From NCBI GenBank assembly GCA_963791045.1, contig CAWBQK010000009.1, positions 234,493-298,492 of the forward strand: 64,000 nucleotides of DNA, in the 5' to 3' direction. The first letter of the stretch is position 1. Each line of letters opens with the position of its first letter. Under the pieces are notes generated by a model. That model worked only from the letters and a program-made list of their open reading frames with translations, was not told the DNA's origin and searched no databases. A program made the position numbers and the translations under genes. Positions 42,611 to 52,986 of the stretch are shown here, in pieces. Source of the DNA: Candidatus Latescibacterota bacterium. GTDB lineage: Bacteria; Krumholzibacteriota; Krumholzibacteriia; WVZY01.

Positions 42611-43690
42611 TCAATAGTCGGCAAAATATTCCTGAATTTGTTTGGGGGAGCTGGTTTTTGTTAGTGCCAGCCGAAGCAGAATGCGAGCCTTTTGAGGACT
42701 TAGATCGTACGATGCGACAAAGCCCAATTTGTCGTCGTCGAGTTCAACATTGCGACCGACATAGCCGGTAGGAACACGCGAGGCGCGTACAACGACAACT
42801 CCCTTTTCCACCGCCTTCGAAAGGGCCTCAACGGCGGCATCAGTCATGTTTCCATTTCCCACACCCGAAGTGACGATTCCCATCGCGCCCAGTTTGACCA
42901 CCGCGTCAATAACATCGCCGGGAACATCTTCATAAATAGCGATGATGTCAACACGTGGAAGTTCAACGATATCCTTTACCGAAAACTCGCTTTCGCGCGT
43001 ATGCCGCCCGGTGGGCCTTCGGAAAAAGGCCACATCACCGTAAGTTACCGTCCCGACCAGGCCAAAAGTGGGAGAGATAAATGATTGAACGTCGGACGTG
43101 TTTGACTTCGTGACCGCGCGTGCCGAGTGAATATCATCATTGATCGCGACGAGCACACCACGCCCCACGGCATCGGGATTCCCCGCGACAGCCACGGCAT
43201 TATAAATGTTGAGCGGTCCGTCGGCGCTGAGCGCCGTCGAGGGGCGAAGCGATCCCGTCAAGACGACGGGTTTCTCTGATTTCACCACGAGGTTGAGAAA
43301 GTACGCCGTCTCCTCCATCGTGTCGGTACCGTGGGTTATGACGACGCCATCCACATCTTCCGATCCAAGCAAGTCATTTATTCGGCGTGCGAGCTCGATC
43401 CAAATGGCATCGCTCATGTTCTGGCTGCCGACGTTGGAAACCTGCTCGCCGGAAACTCTGGCGATCTTTTTCAGTTCGGGCACGGCGTCGAGAAGAACGT
43501 CCACGCTCAACTGGCCGGAATCGTAATTCGGCTGCGTCCCGGTCTCAGCCGATCCCGCGATGGTGCCGCCGGTCGCCAGAATGACGACGCGGGGAAGATT
43601 CTCTTTTTTGGCAGACACGTCCCCAGTTAAACAGAAAGCAAGTACAACCGCCAGCAATATCCAGAAATTGAGAACTGATCGGGCGAACAT
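42611..43690 (-). CDS. ansB: Type II (periplasmic) L-asparaginase
   Basis: Signal peptide, ATGGTIAG, GSQNM, HGTDTMEETAYFL, SADGPLN, GNGN. Confidence 0.92.
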   Translation of the reverse strand: MFARSVLNFWILLAVVLAFCLTGDVSAKKENLPRVVILATGGTIAGSAETGTQPNYDSGQLSVDVLLDAVPELKKIARVSGEQVSNVGSQNMSDAIWIELARRINDLLGSEDVDGVVITHGTDTMEETAYFLNLVVKSEKPVVLTGSLRPSTALSADGPLNIYNAVAVAGNPDAVGRGVLVAINDDIHSARAVTKSNTSDVQSFISPTFGLVGTVTYGDVAFFRRPTGRHTRESEFSVKDIVELPRVDIIAIYEDVPGDVIDAVVKLGAMGIVTSGVGNGNMTDAAVEALSKAVEKGVVVVRASRVPTGYVGRNVELDDDKLGFVASYDLSPQKARILLRLALTKTSSPKQIQEYFADY

Positions 43691-43806
43691 GGCAACCTCA
43701 CAGGATAGAGGAATTGTCTGGTCCGGTTCGAATCATTACATCTCGCGGAACTGTTTGTAAATGCTGTATTGATCGGACGGCGGGACGGGAGCATGTCCTG
43801 TCCGGC

Positions 43807-43835
43807 TTGACAAACCGACCCCGGCAGTCTTTAAT
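43807..43835 (+). promoter_or_regulatory. Sigma70 promoter
   Basis: TTGACA-17 nt-TTTAAT upstream of the 43898 gene. Confidence 0.7.
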
Positions 43836-43897
43836 TTGATGATACAAATCAAATCAACGCACCACCCAGATCCCACTTCGAGCAGCGAGGAAAACCC

Positions 43898-45715
43898 ATG
43901 AACAGACGATGGTTATTAACAGCTATCATTGTGTTGTGCGGAATCGGGCTTGTGGCGGTCTGGGCTGGGGAGCTCACCGCCGCCACTCCCCCGAGCGACG
44001 CCGATCCGTTTCCGCGCACGCTCGAAAGCTATCATGATGACGACATGGGGAACATCGGCTCCATTCTCAAAAACCGTGTGACGCAAGAGCCCTTCAATCT
44101 GGTCGCCACGCTGATTTTTGTTTTCGCGATCATCCATACATTCCTGACCGCCAGGTTTATGACCATCTCCCACAAGTGGGAACACAAACACCGGCAAAAG
44201 ATCGACAACGGCGAAGTCCCCCGCGATTCGGTACATCATGGCGCCGAGTTGTTTCATTTCCTTGGTGAGGTTGAGGCTGTTTTCGGCATCTGGGCCGTCG
44301 CCCTGATCGTCGCCATCGTTGGATTCTATGACTGGCACACCGTCGTGGACTACATCGGCCACACAGTCAACTTCACCGAACCGGCATTTGTCGTCGTCAT
44401 CATGACACTCGCAGCCACGCGGCCGATTCTCAGGCTCTCCGAGAACATGATAAATAGCATCGCGAAAGCGCTCGGGGGGAGTCTCACCGCCCGCTGGCTT
44501 ACTACCCTAACCATCGGCCCCATTCTCGGATCGTTTATCACCGAGCCCGCCGCGATGACAATCACGGCCCTGGTCCTGGCCAGGACATTTTTCGAGCTCG
44601 AGCCCAGCAACAAGTTCAAATACGCCACGCTGGGGCTGCTGTTCGTGAACATCTCCGTGGGGGGAACCCTCACGCACTTCGCCGCCCCACCGGTGCTCAT
44701 GGTCGCCAGCCCGTGGGACTGGGGTATGGGGCATATGATGCTCAATTTCGGCTGGAAAGCCATTATCGGGATTCTGCTTTCAAACACGCTTTACTTCCTC
44801 GTGTTCCGCAGAGAGATGGCCGGACTCGAAGAGAAGTCAGCGCTGGTCAATCTCAAGGATGAGATCCAGAGAACCTACCTCAAGCGGCGCGACGTTGATG
44901 CACGTTTTGAGGAACTCGCCAAACAGGCGAACAAGGACGAAGGTGTGTTCGAGGCGTTTAACGCACAGATCGACAAAATGTCGAATGACATCCGTTCGCG
45001 TCTCGAAGAGCACTTCGTCCCCGAACTTCTCGAACAAGGGATCGAAAAGGATCTCGTCAGCAAGGCCTTCGCGAAGAGATTCGAGGAGATCAAGCTGCGC
45101 GAGATGCGGCGGCTCTTTCCGGGATTGTTGCCCGCCGAAAGGCGCGGGGAGTTCTTCGACCCCGACTGGGATAAACGCGACGACCCCGTGCCCGTCTGGG
45201 TGACACTCATCCACGTCTTTTTTATGGCGTGGACAATTGTGAACGCCCATTATCCGCCGCTCTTTGTTGTTGGCATGCTGTTCTTCCTCGGGTTCGCCCA
45301 GGTGACGCGTCCGTACCAGAACCGCGTCGATCTCAAACCGGCGATGCTCGTCGGTTTCTTCCTCGCCGGACTGGTGATTCACGGTGGAGTCCAGGCATGG
45401 TGGATCGCGCCGATCCTGGGGAGTCTTGCCGAGGTCCCGCTCATGATCGGGGCGACTGTGCTGACCGCCTTCAACGACAACGCGGCGATCACTTTTCTCG
45501 CGACGCTCGTTCCCAATCTCACCGACAGTCTTAAGTATGCGGTGGTGGCGGGCGCTGTGGCCGGCGGCGGTTTGACCATCATCGCCAACGCTCCCAACCC
45601 GGCGGGCGTATCGCTTCTCAAAAAGTACTTCAACAACGAGGTTTCCCCCGGGGGAATCCTGGCCGGCGCACTGGTGCCGACAGTTATTGTGTTTCTGATG
45701 TACCTGTTGTTGTAG
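43898..45715 (+). CDS. Putative Na+/H+ antiporter (DUF1504-like, IT superfamily) with soluble insertion
   Basis: HFLGEVE, GSFITEPAAMT, NISVGGTLTHFAAPP, DNAAIT, GGGLTIIANAPNPAG. Confidence 0.82.
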   Translation: MNRRWLLTAIIVLCGIGLVAVWAGELTAATPPSDADPFPRTLESYHDDDMGNIGSILKNRVTQEPFNLVATLIFVFAIIHTFLTARFMTISHKWEHKHRQKIDNGEVPRDSVHHGAELFHFLGEVEAVFGIWAVALIVAIVGFYDWHTVVDYIGHTVNFTEPAFVVVIMTLAATRPILRLSENMINSIAKALGGSLTARWLTTLTIGPILGSFITEPAAMTITALVLARTFFELEPSNKFKYATLGLLFVNISVGGTLTHFAAPPVLMVASPWDWGMGHMMLNFGWKAIIGILLSNTLYFLVFRREMAGLEEKSALVNLKDEIQRTYLKRRDVDARFEELAKQANKDEGVFEAFNAQIDKMSNDIRSRLEEHFVPELLEQGIEKDLVSKAFAKRFEEIKLREMRRLFPGLLPAERRGEFFDPDWDKRDDPVPVWVTLIHVFFMAWTIVNAHYPPLFVVGMLFFLGFAQVTRPYQNRVDLKPAMLVGFFLAGLVIHGGVQAWWIAPILGSLAEVPLMIGATVLTAFNDNAAITFLATLVPNLTDSLKYAVVAGAVAGGGLTIIANAPNPAGVSLLKKYFNNEVSPGGILAGALVPTVIVFLMYLLL

Positions 45716-45770
45716 GCAATCGAACATCGGAAACGGGAACGAGTCGACGACAGCGCGACTACCTGCAAAG

Positions 45771-45817
45771 AAGCCCGGCCCGAGGAGTGTTCATCCTCAC
45801 GATGGCCGGGCTTTTTT
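45771..45817 (+). terminator. Intrinsic terminator
   Basis: AAGCCCGGCC...GGCCGGGC followed by T6. Confidence 0.7.
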
Positions 45818-45843
45818 ACACATGATTTCAAACAAGCCACAGA

Positions 45844-47607
45844 TTACTTCAAAAACACGACCTTTCTCGTCTGGATGCCACCGCCCGATTCGAGACGCAC
45901 GAAGTAAACACCACTGCTCACCTCCGCGCCCCCGTCATCCCGGCCGTTCCATGTAGCCGTAGTGCGGACCCGCCGTCTCGTCCGCGTCAACCAGGGCCTT
46001 GATCATACGGCCCGCCGCGTCATAAACACGAAGGTTCACGCGCCCCGCTTCCGGCAAAGTATATGCGATGGTCGTCTGTGGATTGAACGGGTTGGGATAA
46101 TTCGGGTGCAGCGAGAGCGAACTGCTCGCCGGCCCGTCCTTTATTCCCGATGCTTCGCAGTTAACCAGCGTAAACGTGCCGCCGGGACACTCGCTGCAGT
46201 CGACACCAAAGGTTCCCGTCATCATCACGTCGCTGATGAGTGTCGCATCGCGGATATTGATTTCATTCCACGGCGCGGCCTCACCCGTAACGATGTGTCC
46301 CGCGAGATAAGGAGGCTCAAAGAGAATCCGCCCCGTCACCGGTGGCGCGAGCCCCGTGCTGCTCGTAATGACGCCCATGTCATCTATGTTAAGGGTCACG
46401 TTGTACGTCGTCGCCATTTCCGCATGAACGAACGAGCCTTCCCAGCACCCACTGGTGTACACAGGAGCCATTACCTTGTGGGTTGCCCACGGCCCCAGAG
46501 CACCCAAGGAGAGCTGCGCCAGGGTATCTGCGTCGAAATACCCCGTGAACGGCGCATAGCCGTCGCTCCAGAGAAACCCGGTGATGTCACAGTTGGTATC
46601 AATCGAATACTCACCCGCCGAATCGGGGACGCCGAACGAGCCCAGCTCGTCGATCGTTCCCTGCCCATCGAAGTTCATATACACCGAATAGTCGTAAGCC
46701 TCCACGCCGGTAATCCGGATGATCCACGGGCCGTCGAGCGCGGACTCGTCGCACTCGCGCGTTTCCGGTCCAAGCGACAAACCGTAGCATGACCGATGCC
46801 CCCGGCGATGAGATCGACAACGCCGGTGCCGTCGAGATTGCAACGCTTGATCTTTGCGTACGAGTCGCCCGTATCCGAAAAATAAATGTATCCGGCGCTC
46901 ACGTCGAGATCGATCCCGACGGCGAGATCAAGCCCCGTGGCCACGAGATCCTGTACACTCGTCCCATCGAGATTGGCGCGCTGGACTTTGTGCGTACCGA
47001 GGTCGGTCCAGTACATTTTACCGCCGGCGAGGTCGAGCGCGATCTCCATCGGCGCGGACAAACCCGCTGTCACGAGAGTTTCAACATTCGATCCGTCCAG
47101 ATCGGCCCGTTGGATCGTTCCCGTTAGAGCCCCCATCGTCCAGTACATCTTGCCGCCGGCAAGATCGAGGGCGATTCCGTTTGGATGGTTGAGTCCCGTG
47201 GTCACAAGATCCTCAAGGGAGAAGCCCGTCAACGTGCACCGCCGGATCTTGTTCGTCGCAAATTCGGTCCAGTAAAGTTTGTTGCCGGGGACGTCGAGCG
47301 CGACACCGTACGGCCCACCCAACCCATTGGCCAACGTGAAGACGTCGGTCCCGTCGAGCCTGGCCCGCTTGATGTCCGACGTTCCCCAATCGGCCCAGTA
47401 CATATAGCCCCCCGCCCGGTCGATCGCGACGCTCCCAACAGCATCAAGCCCCGTGGTCACGAGTTCCTCGATACTCGAACCCGTCAACGTGCAGCGTCTG
47501 ATCTTGTTGTGTCCAACATCGCCAAAGTAGATCTTCTCCGCCGCCGACGCGCAAACCGCAAGCACGAGTACGGCGGCCAGGATCCAAAGAACCAGCTGCT
47601 TCCTCAT
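45844..47607 (-). CDS. Secreted YWTD (LDL-receptor class B) repeat protein with FlgD-Ig/T9SS-like C-terminus (frameshifts ~46790, ~45960)
   Basis: Signal peptide; MYWAD, LYWTE, MYWTD repeats; PNYPNPFNPQTTIAY; shifted tail WNGRDDGG..SGVYFVRL..TRKVVFLK stop at 45844. Confidence 0.8.
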
Positions 47608-47777
47608 TTTGATGCCCCCCTGTCAAGAATTCATAGCAGTAACCCTGTCCTCCCAGAATCCGCATACGGACGGGGCAATTATACCACAAATAGTGTTTAA
47701 CTAACACGGTTGATAAGGGATATGGGGGCTCTGCGGGGCGGGCAATCTTCTAATGAAATCAAATTCGCGCGCGGAGA

Positions 47778-48221
47778 TCAGAACTTCATTCTGACCTGGA
47801 GACCCGCTTTGGCCGAGTCGTCGGAACCGAAGGGGTTGACCAGCGGGGCGACAGTGAGATCCTGCCCGGCGGGGCTGGAGAAGCGAATCGACATGAGCCC
47901 GGTCGCCGCCGATGCGAGCCCGGAAAAACCGAGCATGATCGAGAAATCGTGGGTCTGGTCCGTGTCCGCAACCATCAGCGCAACAGCCGAAATCGCCATC
48001 GTCGTCGACCCGAGAACAACGCCAAACATCCCGCTTCGTCTGTTTGTGGTGCCGGCGGCCAGAGACCATGTGTTGGCGAAGGCGACACCACTGTTCACAG
48101 CCAGAGCGCCGGCGCCCAGCCAGGAGACATTGTTGGCCGGTTCCCCGGTGAATTCGTCGGCGGCTGCACCCACAGGGATAAGTGCAATGATGACAATTAA
48201 TAATATCGTTCGAGTGGCCAT
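47778..48221 (-). CDS. Hypothetical exported/membrane protein
   Basis: Signal-like N-terminus, Gly/Ala-rich hydrophobic helices, ends GLQVRMKF. Confidence 0.55.
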   Translation of the reverse strand: MATRTILLIVIIALIPVGAAADEFTGEPANNVSWLGAGALAVNSGVAFANTWSLAAGTTNRRSGMFGVVLGSTTMAISAVALMVADTDQTHDFSIMLGFSGLASAATGLMSIRFSSPAGQDLTVAPLVNPFGSDDSAKAGLQVRMKF

Positions 48222-48334
48222 ATTGATGTATTGAGCTCCCGAAGATGGAATTCGGTCCATTTTTCCATGCGACCCCTTAAAGAAAAGCCCGTGGCGGTGC
48301 CGAGTCAAGCGATTTTGCGGGCTGAGAACCCGGC

Positions 48335-48377
48335 AAAAAAAGCGAAGAGAAGGGTCGTGAACACCCTCTCTTCGCTT
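48335..48377 (-). terminator. Intrinsic terminator of S9 peptidase gene
   Basis: Minus strand AAGCGAAGAGAGGGT-loop-ACCCTTCTCTTCGCTT plus T run. Confidence 0.8.
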
Positions 48378-48404
48378 AAGTTACACTGTTTTGCCCGAAT
48401 TCGG

Positions 48405-51145
48405 CTATTTGACAGCCTGAAGCTCGGACGTCACGGTGCCGCCGCCCATCATAGCAGGCAGCTGCATCTCAGAACGGACCTTTTGATGGCCCTCTGCGGT
48501 GCTGACAAATACAGTGCCGCCACCCGGCTCGCCGTCCATGTTGGCGAGCTCGACCTTGAACGCTTCGAAGGTCCCCGCTGGAACGGTTACCTCTTCGATA
48601 CCGACAACCTCGAGCGTCATGATCTTGGTCGACTGGGTCAAGATATCGAATGTCCTGAATGTCGTGGCATACCCCGGCGCGAGGGGAAGCGACGCCAGCA
48701 CGAGATCAAGCGCCGTCTCGCTTCCGTACACGGGAGCAATGAGCTCGCTCGCCAACGGCATTTCCCTGCCGGGCATATTGATCGAACCACTGATCTCGGT
48801 CTCCGAGTAGTTGACAACCACGGTCGTGCCACCCTGTTTCACCCCACGGTACACGGGGAGAAGCGAGTTGTAATCGACATCGAACGTATCGATGGCCGCG
48901 CCCATCGGGCCGGTCTGCTCGGAGATAATCCGCCACACATCCTGGTCGCCACGCTTGGCCTTCGCGCATCCAACGGCGACGACCATCTCGACTTCCTGCC
49001 CCTCACAGCCGCGGTGCTCGCGTACTCGAGGTTCATGGGCTTCAAGTTGCTCGTGTCGACAACCGGCAGCGGAGCGGTCTTCGCCGCCTCGATATCACCC
49101 TTGGGCTCTTCGATGACGACGGTTTCGACCGGCACCCACATCGCGTCGAGCGCTTCCTGAACACTCGGTGTGACTTCCTCCTGGAAACGTCCGCCGAGGT
49201 GCTTGGACCAGAATTTCTCCATCGCCACCTGGAAGGCGGTCCGGTTGTCGACACCGGCGAACCCGTGACCCTCATCGGCCGCCACCAGGTACTCGACATC
49301 ACGATCGAGGTCGCGCAACGCGATCACGATCTGCTGTGATTCGGGCATCTTGCAGCGCGGATCATTGGCACCCTGGACGATAAGAATCGGCGCGGTGATC
49401 TTGTCCGCCGAAAACAGCGGGGACTGCCGTTTCATCCGTTCGACATCTTCCGGGTTTTCGGGATCACCGACATGCTCGTTAAAAAACTTTCTCGCCGTTT
49501 CCCAGTAAGGCGGAATCGACTGAAGCAAGGTGATCAGGTTGCACACACCAACGTAGTCGACTCCGCAGGCATAGAGATCCGGCGTATACGCAAGACCGGC
49601 GAGCGTGGCATACCCACCGTACGAGCCCCCGTAAATCGCGACCTTGTTCGGATCGGCGATGCCTTCATCGATGAGATACTTGACACCGTCGGTGATGTCG
49701 TTCTGCATCTCTTCGCCCCACTTCTTTTTCCCGGCATTGAAGAATGCCTTGCCGTAACCGGTCGACGAGCGGAAGTTGATCTGGAAAACACCATAACCGC
49801 GATTTGCGAAGAACTGCGCCTCGGGGTTGTATCCCCAGCTGTCGCGCGCCCACGGCCCGCCGTGCGGATTGATGATCACAGGAATGTTCTTGGCCTTGAT
49901 TCCCTTCGGCGTCGTCAAATAACCGTGAATGGTCAAACCGTCGCGCGAGGTGAACTTCACGGGCTTCATATTCGCCAGGTGCTCACTCGGGAGTTTCGGT
50001 CGCGGTTTGTACAGGAATTCGGTCTTCCCGTCCTTCATATCGAACAGATATGCGACGCCGGGGTTGGTGTCGCTCGTCACCGCGATAGTGTGGTAGCGGT
50101 CATCATTGGTCGACGACGTGATATAGATATCGCCGTCTCCAACTTCTTTTTTAAGATCTTTCTTGAGCTTTTTGTAGGCTTTTTCAAATTCTTTGTTTTT
50201 CCAATAGATTCGGACTCTCGAGCCCTCATAAGTCGTTGCGATGAGTTCATCGGTCGCCCTGGAGAACAATGCGCCTCCAAAATCGACTTCTTTTTCAGGG
50301 TCCGTTTCAATGAGTTCGGTTTTCCCCGTTTTGGGGTCGAAGAAAACAAGCTGAGACAAGTCGTTCTCGGCGCCTTTGTTGGTCACCATATAAGCGCGTT
50401 TGCCGTCCTCGTGATATCGGACGATGTAGGCCTGTTCTTCGTTGGTAACCGTGTACACGGACACAAGGTCTTTGCCCTCGACGCGGAAGAACTCTGTCCC
50501 GCCGTCTTCGGTCTCGCGCGTGGCCATCCGCAGCTTACCCTCACGGTCGAACTCAAAGCCACTCATCGCTTCGGTGTTCTCCCATACGAGTTCGCGTTCG
50601 CCGGTCGAGATCGTTACACGGTAGACATCGTGGTAGCGTTCGTCCCGGTCGTTGAGACCAAGATAAAGAATGTCCGGTTCGCTTTTCGGGAACGAGTAGA
50701 ACGTCACCCTGATGCCATCTACCGGCGTCAGGTCGCGCGCTGCTGGAACGTCCATGCCCTCTTCTGGTTTTTCGGTGGGATCGATGACATAGGCGTGGAA
50801 GTTTTCGTTCCCGCCTTTGTCCTGAATGTACATCAGGTATTTGCCGTCGCGCGTCCAGAAATAACGAAAGACGGGGCGCGTCGTATCCGCACTCATCGGC
50901 CGGGCCATTTCGAACGCTTCATCGACACCTTTGACCCAGATATTGAGATGGCCTTTATATGTTTTCAGGAACGAAATGTGTTTTCCGTCCGGTGAAATTC
51001 GCCCGGCGGCGATTTCCGGATCGCCAAAGAACACATCGCGATCAATAAGCGGCGGCAGCTTATCGAGATAATCGAGTTTCTCGGCCGCCCCGGCAATGCC
51101 GCTAACGAGCATCACCGCGACCAGCAACAACAGAAATCTCCTCAT
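48405..51145 (-). CDS. Secreted S9-family peptidase with extra C-terminal beta domain (frameshift ~48995)
   Basis: HGGPWARD, GGSYGG nucleophile, QGANDPR, DEGHGF; C-terminal EVTVPAGTFEAFKV (DUF3108-like). Confidence 0.88.
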
Positions 51146-51213
51146 CTAACTTCCTCCCTTTCGGTACAGACAAAATGTTGAGGGATTAAACACCTAAGAA
51201 GGCTTCTATTCTA

Positions 51214-51239
51214 TACGGTTCCGTGCGAAAATCGTTACG
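51214..51239 (-). promoter_or_regulatory. Candidate ECF-type promoter of S9 peptidase
   Basis: CGTAAC-16 nt-CGTA about 70 nt upstream of the ATG. Confidence 0.45.
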
Positions 51240-51440
51240 AAAAAATGGGGTGGCCCCATAACCCATATAATTATAATGAGTTGCGTGGCAACAAAAAATA
51301 AGGCTCGTCAAAGAATCGCTCTTCGGCGCGCCATCTTTGCCACCTTGTCACCGGGCTTTTTTTGATATAGTCTCAGGCCACCCAGCAGTCGTCTTACCAT
51401 TTTTGTCTGTGCTCCAACATCATATACCGGCCGGGTTCCT

Positions 51441-52106
51441 ATGAAAGACGCGTACTTTTTGGACAGTTCGATTCAAGAGAAATCCAGTAAAATGCTAGGA
51501 CGAGTGAGCCCGTTGCGAAAAGACCGTGGGGGCGGGTTTGACGCCACGCGGTCGGCGCTCCTTGTGCTCGATATGCAGGACTATTTCCTCGAGCCAACAT
51601 CGCACGCTTTTGTGCCCAGCGCCCCCGCGATCATTCCCGGCATTCGCAATCTCATTGACGCCTTTTCCGGCCGCGGCCGCCCTGTGATTTTCACACGGCA
51701 CGTAAACACCGGCGCGGATGCGGGCACGATGGCGACATGGTGGGGCGAGTTGATTCGAGACGAGGATCCGAGAAGCGCCATTACCGCCGACCTGGATCTG
51801 TCACATGGCAAGTTGATAAACAAAACCCAATATGACGCGTTCTACGACACCGGGCTTGAAAAAGAACTAAACGAAAGCACCAGCGACCAGGTGGTAATTT
51901 GCGGCGTAATGACCCATCTCTGTTGCGAGACAACAGCGCGGTCGGCTTTCGTGCGGGGGTTCAACGTCTTTTTTACTATCGACGGAACGGCTACCTATAA
52001 TGAGGAATTCCACATGGGGACACTTCTCAATCTGGCGCATGGCGCGGCGGTTCCCATGCTGGTCGAGGAACTGGTTTTGAAGTTAACCAACGATAATGAC
52101 AACTGA
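51441..52106 (+). CDS. Isochorismatase-family amidohydrolase
   Basis: LLVLDMQDYF, KTQYDAF, GVMTHLCCETTARSAF (Asp-Lys-Cys triad). Confidence 0.88.
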   Translation: MKDAYFLDSSIQEKSSKMLGRVSPLRKDRGGGFDATRSALLVLDMQDYFLEPTSHAFVPSAPAIIPGIRNLIDAFSGRGRPVIFTRHVNTGADAGTMATWWGELIRDEDPRSAITADLDLSHGKLINKTQYDAFYDTGLEKELNESTSDQVVICGVMTHLCCETTARSAFVRGFNVFFTIDGTATYNEEFHMGTLLNLAHGAAVPMLVEELVLKLTNDNDN

Positions 52107-52986
52107 GAAAGTCGCAATAATAGGGGCGGGGCCGGCGGGACTTTCCGCCGCGCTCCAACTCAAACGCCACGGGATCGATGCGCTCGTTCTTGAACGGGAC
52201 TCGATCGGCGGAGTGCTTCGAAACGCAAACCGGGTCGAAAACTATCCGGGGTTTCCCGATGGAATCACCGGCCCGGCTCTGGTTCGCCTCTTCACAGAGC
52301 AGGCCGCCCGCGCGGGTGTCGTTGTAACCCATGACGAGGTTCGGACGCTCGACTTCAATGATGGCGTGTTTGTCATCGGCGGCCGGGATGAAAAGTACCG
52401 TTCGCGGGTGGTTGTTATTGCGTCTGGAACCCGGCCCAGGACATTCACCGGGCTCGATATTCCCGAAGAGGCCCGGGACAAGGTGTTGTACGAGGTCTAC
52501 CCTCTCCTCGGTGAGTCCGGCAAAACAATCGCGATAGTCGGCGCGGGCGATGCCGCATTTGACTACGCGCTCAACCTTGCCCGTCGGAACTCCGTTGTCA
52601 TTCTGAACCGCGGTAGTGAGCTCAAGTGCCTTCCGCTTCTCCGGGACCGGGTCAGCGCCACCCCCGGAATCGAGTATATTGAAGGTATTTCGATTACAGC
52701 CATCGCGTGGAATGACTCGAACGGACTTCGGCTTGAATGCGTTGGTCCCGCGGCCCGGACCAACATCGACGCCGATTACCTTATCGGGGCCATCGGCAGG
52801 GCCCCCAACCTTGACTTTGTGTCAAAAAATGTTCACGACAGGATTGCGCAGTTGGGGGAGAAAGCATTACTCTACTTTGCCGGCGACATCCGGCATGGAC
52901 GGCTCAGGCAAACGGCGATCGCCGTCGGGGACGGAATCCTGACGGCAATGACAATCCATCACGGGCGAGAGGAAGCTTCACGTTGA
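52096..52986 (+). CDS. Thioredoxin-reductase-like FAD/NAD(P) oxidoreductase lacking CxxC
   Basis: IIGAGPAGLSAA, VENYPGFPDGITG, IASG, IVGAGDAA, YFAGD; no CxxC before the second Rossmann motif. Confidence 0.82.
   Translation: MTTEKVAIIGAGPAGLSAALQLKRHGIDALVLERDSIGGVLRNANRVENYPGFPDGITGPALVRLFTEQAARAGVVVTHDEVRTLDFNDGVFVIGGRDEKYRSRVVVIASGTRPRTFTGLDIPEEARDKVLYEVYPLLGESGKTIAIVGAGDAAFDYALNLARRNSVVILNRGSELKCLPLLRDRVSATPGIEYIEGISITAIAWNDSNGLRLECVGPAARTNIDADYLIGAIGRAPNLDFVSKNVHDRIAQLGEKALLYFAGDIRHGRLRQTAIAVGDGILTAMTIHHGREEASR

Noticed and set aside
46880-47520. Nucleotide-level repeats (CCCGTGGTCAC...CCCGTCAACGTGCA) as CRISPR or DNA repeats
   Set aside because: They are degenerate, in-frame and correspond to YWTD protein repeats; the same applies to repeats in the LVIVD and GPEFxVNT genes.
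49472-50995. Long antisense ORFs (e.g. 507 aa here, 25815..26855, 16562..17569)
   Set aside because: They are shadows of well-supported genes on the opposite strand in GC-rich DNA and have no recognisable motifs.
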